Below are positions 29,944-41,465 of a stretch of 64,000 nucleotides of DNA, piece after piece. A model generated the notes under the pieces. It searched no databases, was not told where the DNA came from, and worked only from the letters and a program-made list of their open reading frames with translations. The position numbers were made by a program, and so were the translations under genes. The number at the start of each line of letters is the position of its first letter. Position 1 is the first letter of the stretch. This DNA comes from Eledone cirrhosa (Eukaryota): positions 2,046,001 through 2,110,000 of the forward strand of contig OZ024747.1 of assembly GCA_964016885.1 (NCBI GenBank), in the 5' to 3' direction.

Positions 29944-30451
29944 ACACACATAGGCAAACATACATACACACACATCATCATTTGCTGTCTGTAAAAATGG
30001 ACTTTAAAAGATGATGCTCTATGTATGTATGTATATATATATATATATATGTATATGTGTGTGCGTGTGTGTGTGTATGTGTGTGTGTGTATGTGTGTGT
30101 GTGTATGTGTGACATCATCATAATCACTTAACATTTATTTTCCATGTTTGTAGGAGTTAGCTGGATTGTTATATTCTAGAGTTTGAACGATCATGTGACC
30201 ATGTCTACATCCTACATTCCATGTATGGCATAGTTACTATGGCAGGATGACAGTTACATTTCACCATGTACTGGCAGTATTTTATTGTAGTGTCTGTACT
30301 ACCACCTTACAGACTAGGTGCATATTGCTTTGGCACCACCAATACCATTTTACAGTGTAGGTGGCTGGAAGCATTTTATTGTAACACTACCACTTTACAG
30401 AGTTGGCTGGGTGTATTTTATCCTGGAACTGACACTATGTCATTATAACAC

Positions 30452-30727
30452 GGGTGATGGATTGGCAGTATCGGTAGAGGGTCGGATGCCATGTTAGGGC
30501 GGTGGATTGGCAGTATCGGTAGAGGGTCGGACGCCATGTTAGGGCGGTGGATTGGCAGTATCGGTAGAGGGTCGGACGCCATGTTTTCCAGCATAGTTAC
30601 AGTCTTTTATGGTCTGAGTTCAAATCCTGCCGATGTTAACTTTGCCTTTCATCCTTACAAGGTTGATAAAATAAAGTACCAGTAATACACTGAGATAATT
30701 GCTGGCCTTGTGCCAAAAATAGAAACA
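30452..30727 (+). mobile_element. SINE family A with triplicated 45-bp head
   Basis: Heads start at 30452, 30497 and 30542. 10-bp TSD attataacac. Confidence 0.9.
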
Positions 30728-31129
30728 ATTATAACACTAGGGTGAAGTAAGGTGAGCTACATGTTGCTTGCAGTGTGTGTGAGTGGGTCATCCCACTGAG
30801 GGAGAGCCATTGCCAGGACATGGCCTTCAAGGGTGTGTGTAACCTTTACATGCTGGCCTGGACGAGGAAGGGGAAGATATACAGACTACTCCATTAGCAA
30901 ATAACTTTGACCTGTGACCTTATAATTATGGCCAGCTATTTTAAGGGACATATTGTCCAACAATCATCAAGTTGTGACACTATTTTGTTGTTTTATCAAT
31001 ACTGTTGTTTGATTGGTCTACCTGATATTGGTGGTAGGGATGGCGAGGTAGGTGGGTGAGGTGTAAGACAGGGGCTAATTAAGGGTTCATATCTGAACTG
31101 GAGGTATTGAATAACAATTGATATTATTA

Positions 31130-31508
31130 TTTATTGCTGGCCTTGTGCCAAAAGTAAAACAAATATTTAGGGTTTATTTTCTATCATTATTTTATATTTT
31201 ATTATATATATCAAATCCCGCCGAGGTTGACTTTGCCTTTCATCCTTACGGGGTCGATCAAATAAAGTACCAGTAATGCACTGGGTAATTGCTGGCCTTG
31301 TGCCTAAAGTAGAAACAATTATTTTATATTTTATTTTATATTATAGGGCGGTAATTGGCAGAATTGGTAGAGGGTTGGAATGCTTTCCAGCATAGTTACG
31401 TCCCTTTACGATCTGAGTTCAAATCCCGCCATGGTTATGAGGTCGATAAAATAAAGTACCAGTAATGTACTAGGTAATTGCTGGCCTTGTGCCTAAAGTA
31501 GAAACGAT
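31130..31508 (+). mobile_element. Cluster of partial SINE family A copies
   Basis: Three ctggccttgtgcc.aaagta tails, two B-boxes/cores. Confidence 0.8.
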
Positions 31509-31714
31509 TATTTTATATTGAAGGAAAGAAAGAAGGGTAAGATGTTGAAATGGAGGAAGAGAAGGTATGATGTTTCAATAGAATAAACGAGGGAATGAAA
31601 ATATGGAAGAAGGGTAGCAAGCCCTTGATACTGATTTTTGAAGGAAAGTGTTTTAGTATGTTGGGTGAATTGGAATTGATTTTCCAAAGAAAGATTTTTA
31701 AAATTAACTAACTG

Positions 31715-31751
<37 letters not shown>

Positions 31752-31754
<3 letters not shown>

Positions 31755-32191
31755 ATAATAATAAATTTGAAGACTAAAATCCAAAGAGGGCTCGATAAGG
31801 ATAAATATATATCAAATATATAAGAACCGTAGAGCAAATATTTATTAAAATAACAGATTAAAGTTTAAGCAAAGAATCGCTGCTTTCACCCTTAACGGGA
31901 TCTTCTGAAACTAACAAAGTCAATCTGTAAACTCAGAAGTGGATATTTCAAAAAACGTTGCAACCGGAGGAAGACAGGAAGACGATACTTTGGTTCGTGG
32001 AAACGTTCGCTGGCAAAGAACGGGAAAAAACGAATATAATACGTCATTAATAGGAGCGGTGAAAAACAATTACGCGCAAAGACAGAACCACGTTTATGGT
32101 ATAAAAGAAGTCGTAGACTAATATTCTCTTAGGTGGTTCATAGAGACGTTCTCTGGCAATGAACGAAACAAACGAAGATAATACGTCATAA

Positions 32192-32192
<1 letters not shown>
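31752..32192 (-). mobile_element. Penelope-like element terminal fragment in (TA)n
   Basis: CpG-richer island bounded by (TA)n on both sides. Carries a hammerhead motif and an internal ~45-bp duplication (acgttc..ctggcaa..gaacg..taatacgtcat). Confidence 0.5.
31862..31912 (-). ncRNA. Degenerate type I hammerhead motif (U4A)
   Basis: AGUUU-CAGAAGA-U-CCC-GUUAA-GGG-U-GAAA-GCA-loop-UGC-UU-AAACU. All three stems pair, with one core substitution. Confidence 0.55.
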
Positions 32193-32230
<38 letters not shown>

Positions 32231-32282
32231 TATATATATAATGATATTAAATAAATGGAAACTATATTTATAAAACCATATT

Positions 32283-32343
32283 TATTCTATTATATATATT
32301 TCAAGGGTACCAAAATTTTGGTACACTATCATCAGATAAAATA
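32283..32343 (-). ncRNA. Type I hammerhead ribozyme motif, intact core (Penelope-like)
   Basis: Minus strand reads UAUUUUAU-CUGAUGA-U-AGUGUACCAAAAUUUUGGUACCCU-U-GAAA-UAUAUA-UA-AUAGAAUA: 8-bp stem I, long stem II, minimal palindromic stem III, AUA cleavage triplet. Confidence 0.72.
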
Positions 32344-32464
32344 CGAAGTGTGTTTTATAAATAACCAAGGAGAATTATACTCCAGAAAACTTGTCGAGTG
32401 CTCTGAATCAGTTATAAACATTTGTATTTGTTGAATTACCAACAAATTGAATATCCCTTCTACT

Positions 32465-32499
<35 letters not shown>

Positions 32500-33976
32500 C
32501 ATAAATCATGTCTTTAGAATCATCAGATAAAATATATACTATTTCTTCTTCTAATTAGCATAATTAACCAAATAAAAAATCAATTAGAACAAGCTATAAG
32601 AATAAATGCTCTTATGGAGAAATCTCCGACAAATAACCGAACGTAGCCTCTTCGCGGCGGCCTCAATCGAGTATTTATCCAACATTTCGACAGCATGTAG
32701 AAACTGACTAAATATACCATCAACCATACACAATTAGGTGTAAAATTAAACTTAGAAGAAATGCGCACATACCGTAATTATATCTCTACCATGGTTTCTT
32801 CCTTATTTTTAGACATCCAAATAATAGGAATGTCCTGAGTTAGGATTCATCAGGAGACAAACTCAAAATCAGACATCTAGTTTTTCAATCCAATCCCGCC
32901 AAAAATAGATTCAAAAATGGCTAAGAATCGCTATGTGGCATTAAATAAAAGTTGGTTTTGTTTTTTAGGGTCTTTTTTCTTATTGTTACACACACAAACA
33001 CACATATATATATACATTTATACATATATTATATTTATATATATATATATATAGCACTGGTACTACCAGGGATACCTTATGCTAGTCCCGTTAACCTTTT
33101 ATATATATATATATATATACATAGAGAGAGAGAGGGGGAGTGAGGGGGAGAGAAAGAGAGAGAGGGAGGGAGGGAAACAGGGAATACATGTATGCATGCA
33201 CTCATATAAGCACTTACTAGATTATTTCAAATGTTTCATTAAATAAAAGTTGGTTTTGTTTTTTAGGGTCTTTTTTCTTATTGTTACACACACACACAAA
33301 CACACATATATATATATACATTTATACATATATAAAAACATACATACATATTGAAATTTATAAAAACAAGCATTTAATTCCTCCAAACATATTCAATACA
33401 AACATAGTTATCCATACGTGTGAATATGTAAATTGTCACTGATATATTTCTAAATAGATAATAAAAAAGTTATGGAGTTGTTGGAGTCACCAGCTGCAAT
33501 ATTTGTTAAAGCATTGTGGCCAATTTCATAAAAAAAAACACACAGAAAAACCTGCAAGAAGACAAAATAATGCAATGCACTTTAAATATACCCATTTAGA
33601 ACTCTAAACAAACAGTATTTCTTTTGTAAATACATGTACGACATATTTCACTAATTCATATTTCTTCTTTTGAATTTTACACATTTTATATAATATTTTA
33701 AAAATTATATTCTTTATTTTCTCTTTCATGTATTTTGGCCATAAGCAATGCTTGCATTCTAAATATTTCTAACTCTATTTTTAGAGAGTTGTATGAGTAG
33801 CAATGGAAAAAATGGAAGAAAATTACAAAACAAATATATAGGAATATATTTATGCATGTATAAGTATATATGGATTCACATATACATACATATATGTTTA
33901 TATATACATATAGTGTGTATTTATATATATATATATACACATATATATATATATACATATATATATGTATATATAT

Positions 33977-34321
33977 GGAGGCACATGGCTTAGTGGTTAG
34001 AACATTGGCCTTGCAATCGAAAGGTTGTGAGTTCAATTCTCAGACCAGGTGATGGGTTGTTTCCTTGAGCAAGACACTTTATTTCACATTGCTCCAGTTT
34101 ACTCAGCTGTAGAAATGAAATGATAGGGACTGGGGTCCCTATCATTCCACTGCAAAGTGGTCGTGGAGGTGCCATGGCAAAAAAGCACCCAGCAGTCACT
34201 GTAAATGAGGTTGGTGTTAGGAAGGGCATCCAGCTGTAGAAATCAAGCCAGAATCAGTTCCTGTCCCACCCTTGCAAGCAGGGAAAAGCGGACGTAAAAT
34301 GATGATGATGATGATGATGAT
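33977..34321 (+). mobile_element. tRNA-derived SINE, family B (full length, RTE-like tail + (GAT)n)
   Basis: A-box TGGCTTAGTGGTTAG, B-box GAGTTCAATTC, 3' ggaagggcatccagctgtagaaa...gcggacgtaaaatgatgatg. Confidence 0.9.
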
Positions 34322-34957
34322 AATATATATATAGTGTGTGTGTATATATATACATATAGTTTATAGGTATATATATATATATATATACTTATGTATATAT
34401 GTATGTATTCATATATATCATCATAATCATCACCATCGTCATTATCATCATTTTCTGTCTGTTTTCTCTGCTTACATATACACCTACATATACATACATA
34501 ACCATACATATACATACATATACATACATAACGGAAAATTCACTATTTTATTTTTACTTTTTATCTTCTTCAATGTTTTATGTATTGAAACTATTAAGTG
34601 TTAATGGGTACATAATTACAATCAACTAAAAATACTTGTTTATACTTTTTGAATTTATTTTTAGAGTTTTTCTCCAATCTCTGCTTTTCCTTAAATTATA
34701 TATTTAACCTTAGTGAACTCATTTTGAAATTAAGTTTCAGTAAATGTTTTGTTGGTGGTTTTGTAATGTTTTGTTTTATAAATTTTATATATCTTCATTT
34801 ATTTTTGTTTATTTCTGTTTATGATATTGTTTTATGAAACATTAACAGCTTTAGATTTTTTTATTTATTTTGTTTCAATTATAAAGAAGACATATATAAA
34901 AGGAATCGTTAAAGTAAGATTGTATTGTTTATGTAATATATATATATATATATACAC

Positions 34958-34989
<32 letters not shown>

Positions 34990-35040
34990 ATATAAATATA
35001 TATATATAAATATAAATATGTATATATAAATATATATATG

Positions 35041-35120
<80 letters not shown>

Positions 35121-35130
35121 TGTATATATA

Positions 35131-35212
<82 letters not shown>

Positions 35213-35228
35213 TGTATATATAAATATG

Positions 35229-35312
<84 letters not shown>

Positions 35313-35509
35313 CATTAACTTAATCTAAAGAATTAACAGTTCTTAAATAAAAAGTATAAAAATTGTCTGTTTATTATTTTTTAAATGATTATTCAGTTAA
35401 ATATACTAATGGTAAAACTTAGATGCTGTTAAAAATTTGGCTGAACATATGAACATATATAAATACTATTTATGGCTCCATATTGCTATCTCTTGCCCAA
35501 TTCTTACAG

Positions 35510-35654
35510 GCGGCAACTGTGGCTTCTAACATTGGTAGAGAAGGACATATGATAGCAAGTTCAGATGATTTCTGTCGAAAATCTATGTCTTCTCATATTG
35601 ATAAAGGACATGGTCAGAATGAGGGAAACACACAGCTTTATCAAGAATTATTAG
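35510..35654 (+). CDS. Pcdh: Protocadherin cytoplasmic exon (phase 0 to phase 1)
   Basis: Acceptor ttcttacag and donor TAG|gtatgt. 145 nt open: AATVASNIGREGHMIASSDDFCRKSMSSHIDKGHGQNEGNTQLYQELL(G), with a degenerate DSGHG-like motif. Phase matches the next exon. Linkage to the large exon crosses a gap. Confidence 0.8.
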
Positions 35655-36387
35655 GTATGTAATAAATAAAGATATTTGCTCAGATGTTTTCATTAAAATA
35701 CTAACATAAATTGAATATTATAGAAAAAATATATGTAAATATATACTGAAGGCAAATATTTAATAGGAAAATAAACTTTACACCATTTAATTCATTACAT
35801 TTTGATGAGATTAAAAAATTGATAAATTGAAATTTTTAATTAAAATAAACTAAAGCAATTTTATTTATTTTTCCCCTTTTATAATTTAGAAATATAAAAT
35901 TTTGTTTTATATCAATCAAGAAACGACATGAATAAAACATTATTATTACATAAATTTGCATTGCAAAACATGCAATATTCATATTTTCACTAATGTTTGT
36001 AACATCTACAACAATAACAACTATATTAATGCTAATAATAACAGCACCAATGACAATGACAATATAATAACAATAATAATAATAATTATCATTATTATTA
36101 TCATTATTATTATCATTACTGTTAATAGCAGTTAATAAATTATTTGTATTATTATTATCATAATGTTACTAATAATAACATTAAGAATAAACTTGATTAA
36201 AATTCATTTATGCAAATATTTCCTGTTCAGTTTTAAGTAAAAACTAATTTAATGTCAAAAGCACATCTTTACATTTAGATTGTTAGTTCATTGTTAAATA
36301 TATGTGGCTATTTGTTTATGCAATAATTATTGCATAGAAGGCAGATTGATTTTTGAAAGTGTCTTATGGAGAGCTCATTTTCTTTAG

Positions 36388-36656
36388 GTCGCAAATTATG
36401 CCAAATTGAACAACCACAGAACTCAAACAAGACATCTAGTCTTCCCAGGGACTCTAACATAAATGTAAAAGTCTGTTGTCCAACAAAAGTTGGTCAGAAC
36501 ACTTCTTGCAATGATGTAATTGATCTTAAGTCCATCAGAGTAACTGGAACCAGTTCTATATCATCCCAACCATGGAATTTACCAACCAAGAACAGTTTCA
36601 CATCTTATATTAAACCTTTACCTGCATTACCTAAATTACCTTATTCACCAACCTGA
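36388..36656 (+). CDS. Pcdh: Protocadherin terminal coding exon
   Basis: Acceptor ttttctttag, phase 1 (G|GT = Gly). Same frame as track ORF 36366-36656: GRKLCQ...QPWNLPTKNSFTSYIKPLPALPKLPYSPT*. Non-repetitive, with a Pro-rich C-terminus. Confidence 0.82.
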
Positions 36657-36699
36657 CTTCACACTTTTTTTAATATAGACATGAACATTTAAGTTTATA

Positions 36700-36772
<73 letters not shown>

Positions 36773-37240
36773 ACAAATGTGTGCATGTATATTAATAAAT
36801 GTACAAACAAATATGTCTCTGAGAACATATAGAACTGACAAAACAGAAAAGACACACATATTTACTCATACATAAATACGTTTGTATATTTAAATATCTA
36901 TTTGTATTTACATATATATGTGTACACATAGTTCTTTCGCTGCACATCTGCAACATCGTCAGTGGTGCTATTGTTTCCTCCCATTGCATTGTATGTATAG
37001 CACCACTGACGATGTTGCAAATGTGCAACGAAAGCAATTTGATAGACTATATATATGTGTTTGTGTACACACATATATATATATATATGTACACATAAAT
37101 GCAAATAGATATATGTGCATATATTTATATACACACACATGTACACATACATACATGTAAATACGTACCCATATATAAAAGTGTATACTTTAACATGCAT
37201 ATTTGAATCAGTCTAGTTTTTTGTCATCATATTCACACAG

Positions 37241-37326
37241 ACCTACATAAACCTGAAGATGTAAATGTATATATTAAAGAAATGATAAAATTGTATTATA
37301 AGATGTTATTTGATTTCCTCCTGAAG
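37241..37326 (+). other. Candidate alternative exon (phase-1 compatible with exon 35510-35654)
   Basis: Acceptor cacacag and strong donor AAG|GTAAGC. Open in the phase-1 frame (DLHKPEDVNVYIKEMIKLYYKMLFDFLLK). Confidence 0.35.
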
Positions 37327-37647
37327 GTAAGCGTGTGTGTCGTCCTTATTTCACTTCCATTTCTCTAAACATCACAACTCATTATATTACATGCATTATT
37401 TTTGCAACTTAGATCAAAAAGATGAAACCTTTTCCCATCCAAAATTTAAATACCTTACAATTGATTTTTTCCTATTCTGCCGTCCTGTACTAATTGTGTG
37501 AGGGTGAGTGGTGGGGGACGAGCAAGTTTTATATATACTAATTGTGTGTGACTGTTTGGGGAGGGAGGGGAAGTATTATATGTAATTTGATTGACCGGTA
37601 CACAAGTTTCACTAAAACCAGCTTGTAAGTCATCCATATATGCTTGA

Positions 37648-37738
<91 letters not shown>

Positions 37739-37766
37739 AGAGTTTATGTGCATATGTGTGTGTGTG

Positions 37767-38343
37767 AGTGTATCTACATGTGGCTATATGAACATGGAGT
37801 GTATAAGTGTATATACATGTGGATATATGAACATGGAGTGTATAAGTGTATCTACATGTGGATATATGAACATGGAGTGTATAAGTGTATATACATGTGG
37901 CTATATGAAGATGGAGTGTATAAGTGTATATACATGTGGCTATATGAACATGGAGTGTATAAATGTATCTACATGTGGATGTATGAACATGGAGTGTATA
38001 AGTGTATATACATGTGGCTATATGAACATGGAGTGTATAAGTGTATCTACATGTGGATGTATGAACATGGAGTGTATAAGTGTATATACATGTGGCTATA
38101 TGAACATGGAGTGTATAAGTGTATCTACATGTGGATATATGAACATGGAGTGTATAAGTGTATCTACATGTGGCTATATGAACATGGAGTGTATAAGTGT
38201 ATATACATGTGGCTATATGAAGATGGAGTGTATAAATGTATCTACATGTGGATATATGAACATGGAGTGTATAAGTGTATATACATGTGGCTATATGAAC
38301 ATGGAGTGTATAAGTGTATCTACATGTGGATGTATGAACATGT
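37767..38343. repeat. 39-bp minisatellite, ~15 units
   Basis: gtatatacatgtggctatatgaacatggagtgtataagt. Confidence 0.95.
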
Positions 38344-38826
38344 AGTGGAGATAAAATATTAAAAAGCATTTTGTCAGTGAAAGGCAACTGGAGAAAATAT
38401 TTTTATTTTCAGGGCCGGGAGTAATATAAGAGAGATATGAGGTTGTCAAACTTTCATACATGTACACACAATATACATGTGCACATGTACACACATATAC
38501 ATGTGCACACATATACATGTACACACATATACATGTGCACATATTAATATGCATGGGAATGGGTGTAGTGCATTTTTATATATGTCTGTGCAGATCTGTA
38601 TTTGAATATAGATGTACATACATATTTATTCATGTGTCATACATATATAAATACATATATAAATCTTTCATATGTATACATACAGATACACATGAGTTTA
38701 TTTCATTTGTGTGTGTGAGAGTAGTTTGTGTGTAAGTTCCTTTCTCCTAGTGATGGTTAAGATCAAGGAGACTACATTGAAAGGAAGGTCTAGGATTTCT
38801 AAAAATATAAATAACATGTGTATGTG

Positions 38827-38908
<82 letters not shown>

Positions 38909-39081
38909 AAAGAAGAAAATGGCAAAGATATCAGTGGTTTACTATGTGTTACATACAAAAGAAGTTCTGCTGAGAAACATTCCTGCTAAACAGAGACACT
39001 ACATCAAGAAATAATGGGGTGATATAATGATAGTGTGTTGAACAGTGTCTTAAAATTCACACTCATTTATCTTCCTCACAG

Positions 39082-39394
39082 ATGGGCTATGGCAGTTCAT
39101 GAGCGCACTTAGCTTCACTTTTGTCAGCTGGAAATATGTGACTCCATTTGCTTGCAATAACTGGTCGGTTGAGAAACAAACAGACATTTCCACATTTCAA
39201 TGGTTGGAAATACAAAGAACAGCTTCTTATTTGACATAAGTATAATATGTAGTAGGGCTCAATGGACCTAATATGGTCAGTGTCAAATATACAAAATATC
39301 ATTGATAAGAGTAATACTATTTCTTATATATAGAATGACATTCCAGCATTTCTTGAGACTAAAGCTAATTGTTGTTTGAACACTACATAATAAA
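39082..39394 (+). other. Candidate terminal exon downstream of donor 37327
   Basis: Strong acceptor tcatttatcttcctcacag. In-frame MGYGSS* (39082-39102). AATAAA at 39389-39394. Confidence 0.3.
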
Positions 39395-39844
39395 TGTGTA
39401 TAAGACATACACATTCATTGTTATAGTATACAGTCTCACTTGCATTAATGCATATCAATATATACAATCATAAAACACATACTCTCCCTGAGTGATTCTT
39501 AGAATATGACAGTTTAATTTAAGTGAGTGGTTTGTACCATTTCCAGATTTCTCATAGAATTGAAAGGCTTTCTCATGAAACATACAAGTCTATTTCCCTC
39601 CAGCCTTCAGAAACTGTGTGGTTGATGTCATCCTTTTAGTCAAGATCAACATTCTTGACACTTACAGCCATATATGTTCTATAAATTCGATTGTCATCTT
39701 GACAAAATGGATTCACTTTCTTGTTTATATTGTTCTCTCATAGTTCACGGTTCATTAAAATATGTATGAATAAGCAAGGTTGGGTAAAGGTTTAGCTGTG
39801 TCTTTGTATATATGTACATATTTGTATATATACTTATGGATAGG

Positions 39845-39879
<35 letters not shown>

Positions 39880-40283
39880 ACTTTTGTATATTTTTAAGCA
39901 TACTCACATATGTGTACAAAATCAAAAAATTGCTCTAATTTCATACTATGCTCATAAAAGTTTTACATAAAAAAATCATTATTTAAATTGGCAATCATGA
40001 ATTATGAAATCCCTGTTTAATTGCAAACCAATTTTCCATCAACTTATTAATTGTATAAATAGGTTTAATGTTGATGTACAGAAAGTTTCCACAAGAAGAA
40101 ACCCAGTTAATTGAACCATCTTTCTTAGAAGGAATGTAAAGCCATGTGGCAATTGGTAGCAGCTTTCAAATAAAAGGGGAAATAATTTAATAAATCTAAG
40201 AATTAAAGAAAATTACATTACATGCTGAAGGGAGATTTTCATCTTTATTGGCAGATGATGGGATAGCTATGGACATGTTTTAA

Positions 40284-40504
40284 CCCTTTAGCATTTAAAC
40301 CGGCCATATTTGGCCAGAATTCTCTCACCTCTTTCTGTTCAAACCTGCCTTAACTGACCCCTCATACTGATGTTAAGGTATTGTTCTCAAAATAGATAAT
40401 ATCAAAATCTCATAGATTCAATAATATGTGAGATAATTATATGAGGTAAAATGTTTACCGAGAAAATATAATAGCAAATATAGAGTAATGTAAATGCTAA
40501 AGGA
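40284..40504. mobile_element. piggyBac-type MITE
   Basis: TTAA on both sides. TIRs ccctttagcattta / taaatgctaaagga (13/14). Confidence 0.75.
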
Positions 40505-40528
40505 TTAAAGCTTATTAGACTTCCTTGG

Positions 40529-40830
40529 CAGGGCCGGATTTAATGGGGGGCAAAGGGGGCAGTTGCCCCAGGCCCCACCAGTGACAGCCGTAGAAATTTA
40601 TTTGCGTTGCGCCCTCAGCTGGGCTTTTTAATTTTAGGATGGTTAGAATTTTAAAATTTAATACCTGTATGTATAACTTTTCAATTCCAATTACTTGCAC
40701 CAAACTAACTTCGATATGTAAAATTAGGGGGGGGGGGGGGGCGCTCTGTGTATTCTAATTTTTGTGTATGAGGGAGCCCAACTCCAAATCTGAAGTGCCC
40801 CAGGCCTCCCAAGGTCTAAATCCGACCCTG
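40529..40830. mobile_element. hAT-type MITE
   Basis: TIRs cagggccggattta / taaatccgaccctg. 8-bp TSD ttccttgg / ttcctcgg. Confidence 0.85.
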
Positions 40831-41360
40831 TTCCTCGGTATAGTGTATTCTACTCAAGCTAGCTTTGAACAGATGGCAGTAGATCTTACTAATAGTAAAA
40901 TAGTTACAAAGATGTTTTTGCCAATATGATTTGCATAATTCCAAAATAAAATGAATAAAGGGTAGGAAATCAATCAGGCCAATGTTATGAATTTAAATAC
41001 GAATATATGGAGACATTGCAAAGATTACTATCATCAATTGGTCAAAACAGACTTGAGTAGATAATGTTATGTGGATGAGGTCTAATATAACATGAACATG
41101 TCAATAGTTGTCTTCTTGTCTCAGATTTCCCACCAACCTTATAAAATTATTTTGTGAAATTAATTCTTAAATTCTGAAATTATCAGTCCCATTCTTTACA
41201 AGTTGCTGACAAATATTACTAAGATCTTGTATTGGTTTTTGAACTGATCCAATTGAATGAGAGTTATTTGTGTATGACATCCAGTACATAAAACATTGAC
41301 TTATTCCATTGGTCCACTTAATTTCCTTACAACATTTTATTACTTCAGAATTGCAAGTTC

Positions 41361-41392
<32 letters not shown>

Positions 41393-41425
41393 ATATGTAT
41401 GTATGTATAGATGTATGTATATATG

Positions 41426-41465
<40 letters not shown>

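Noticed and set aside
33977-34050. tRNA genes at SINE heads (also 16175, 48757, 63097)
   Set aside because: A/B boxes are present but no complete cloverleaf, and they continue into SINE bodies.
34119-34146. Resemblance to tetO half-sites (TCCCTATCA)
   Set aside because: Wrong arrangement and embedded in a native SINE also present at 16.8 kb. No vector sequence nearby.
37455-38387. Cys/His-rich repeat ORFs
   Set aside because: 39-bp minisatellite open on both strands with no domain signature.
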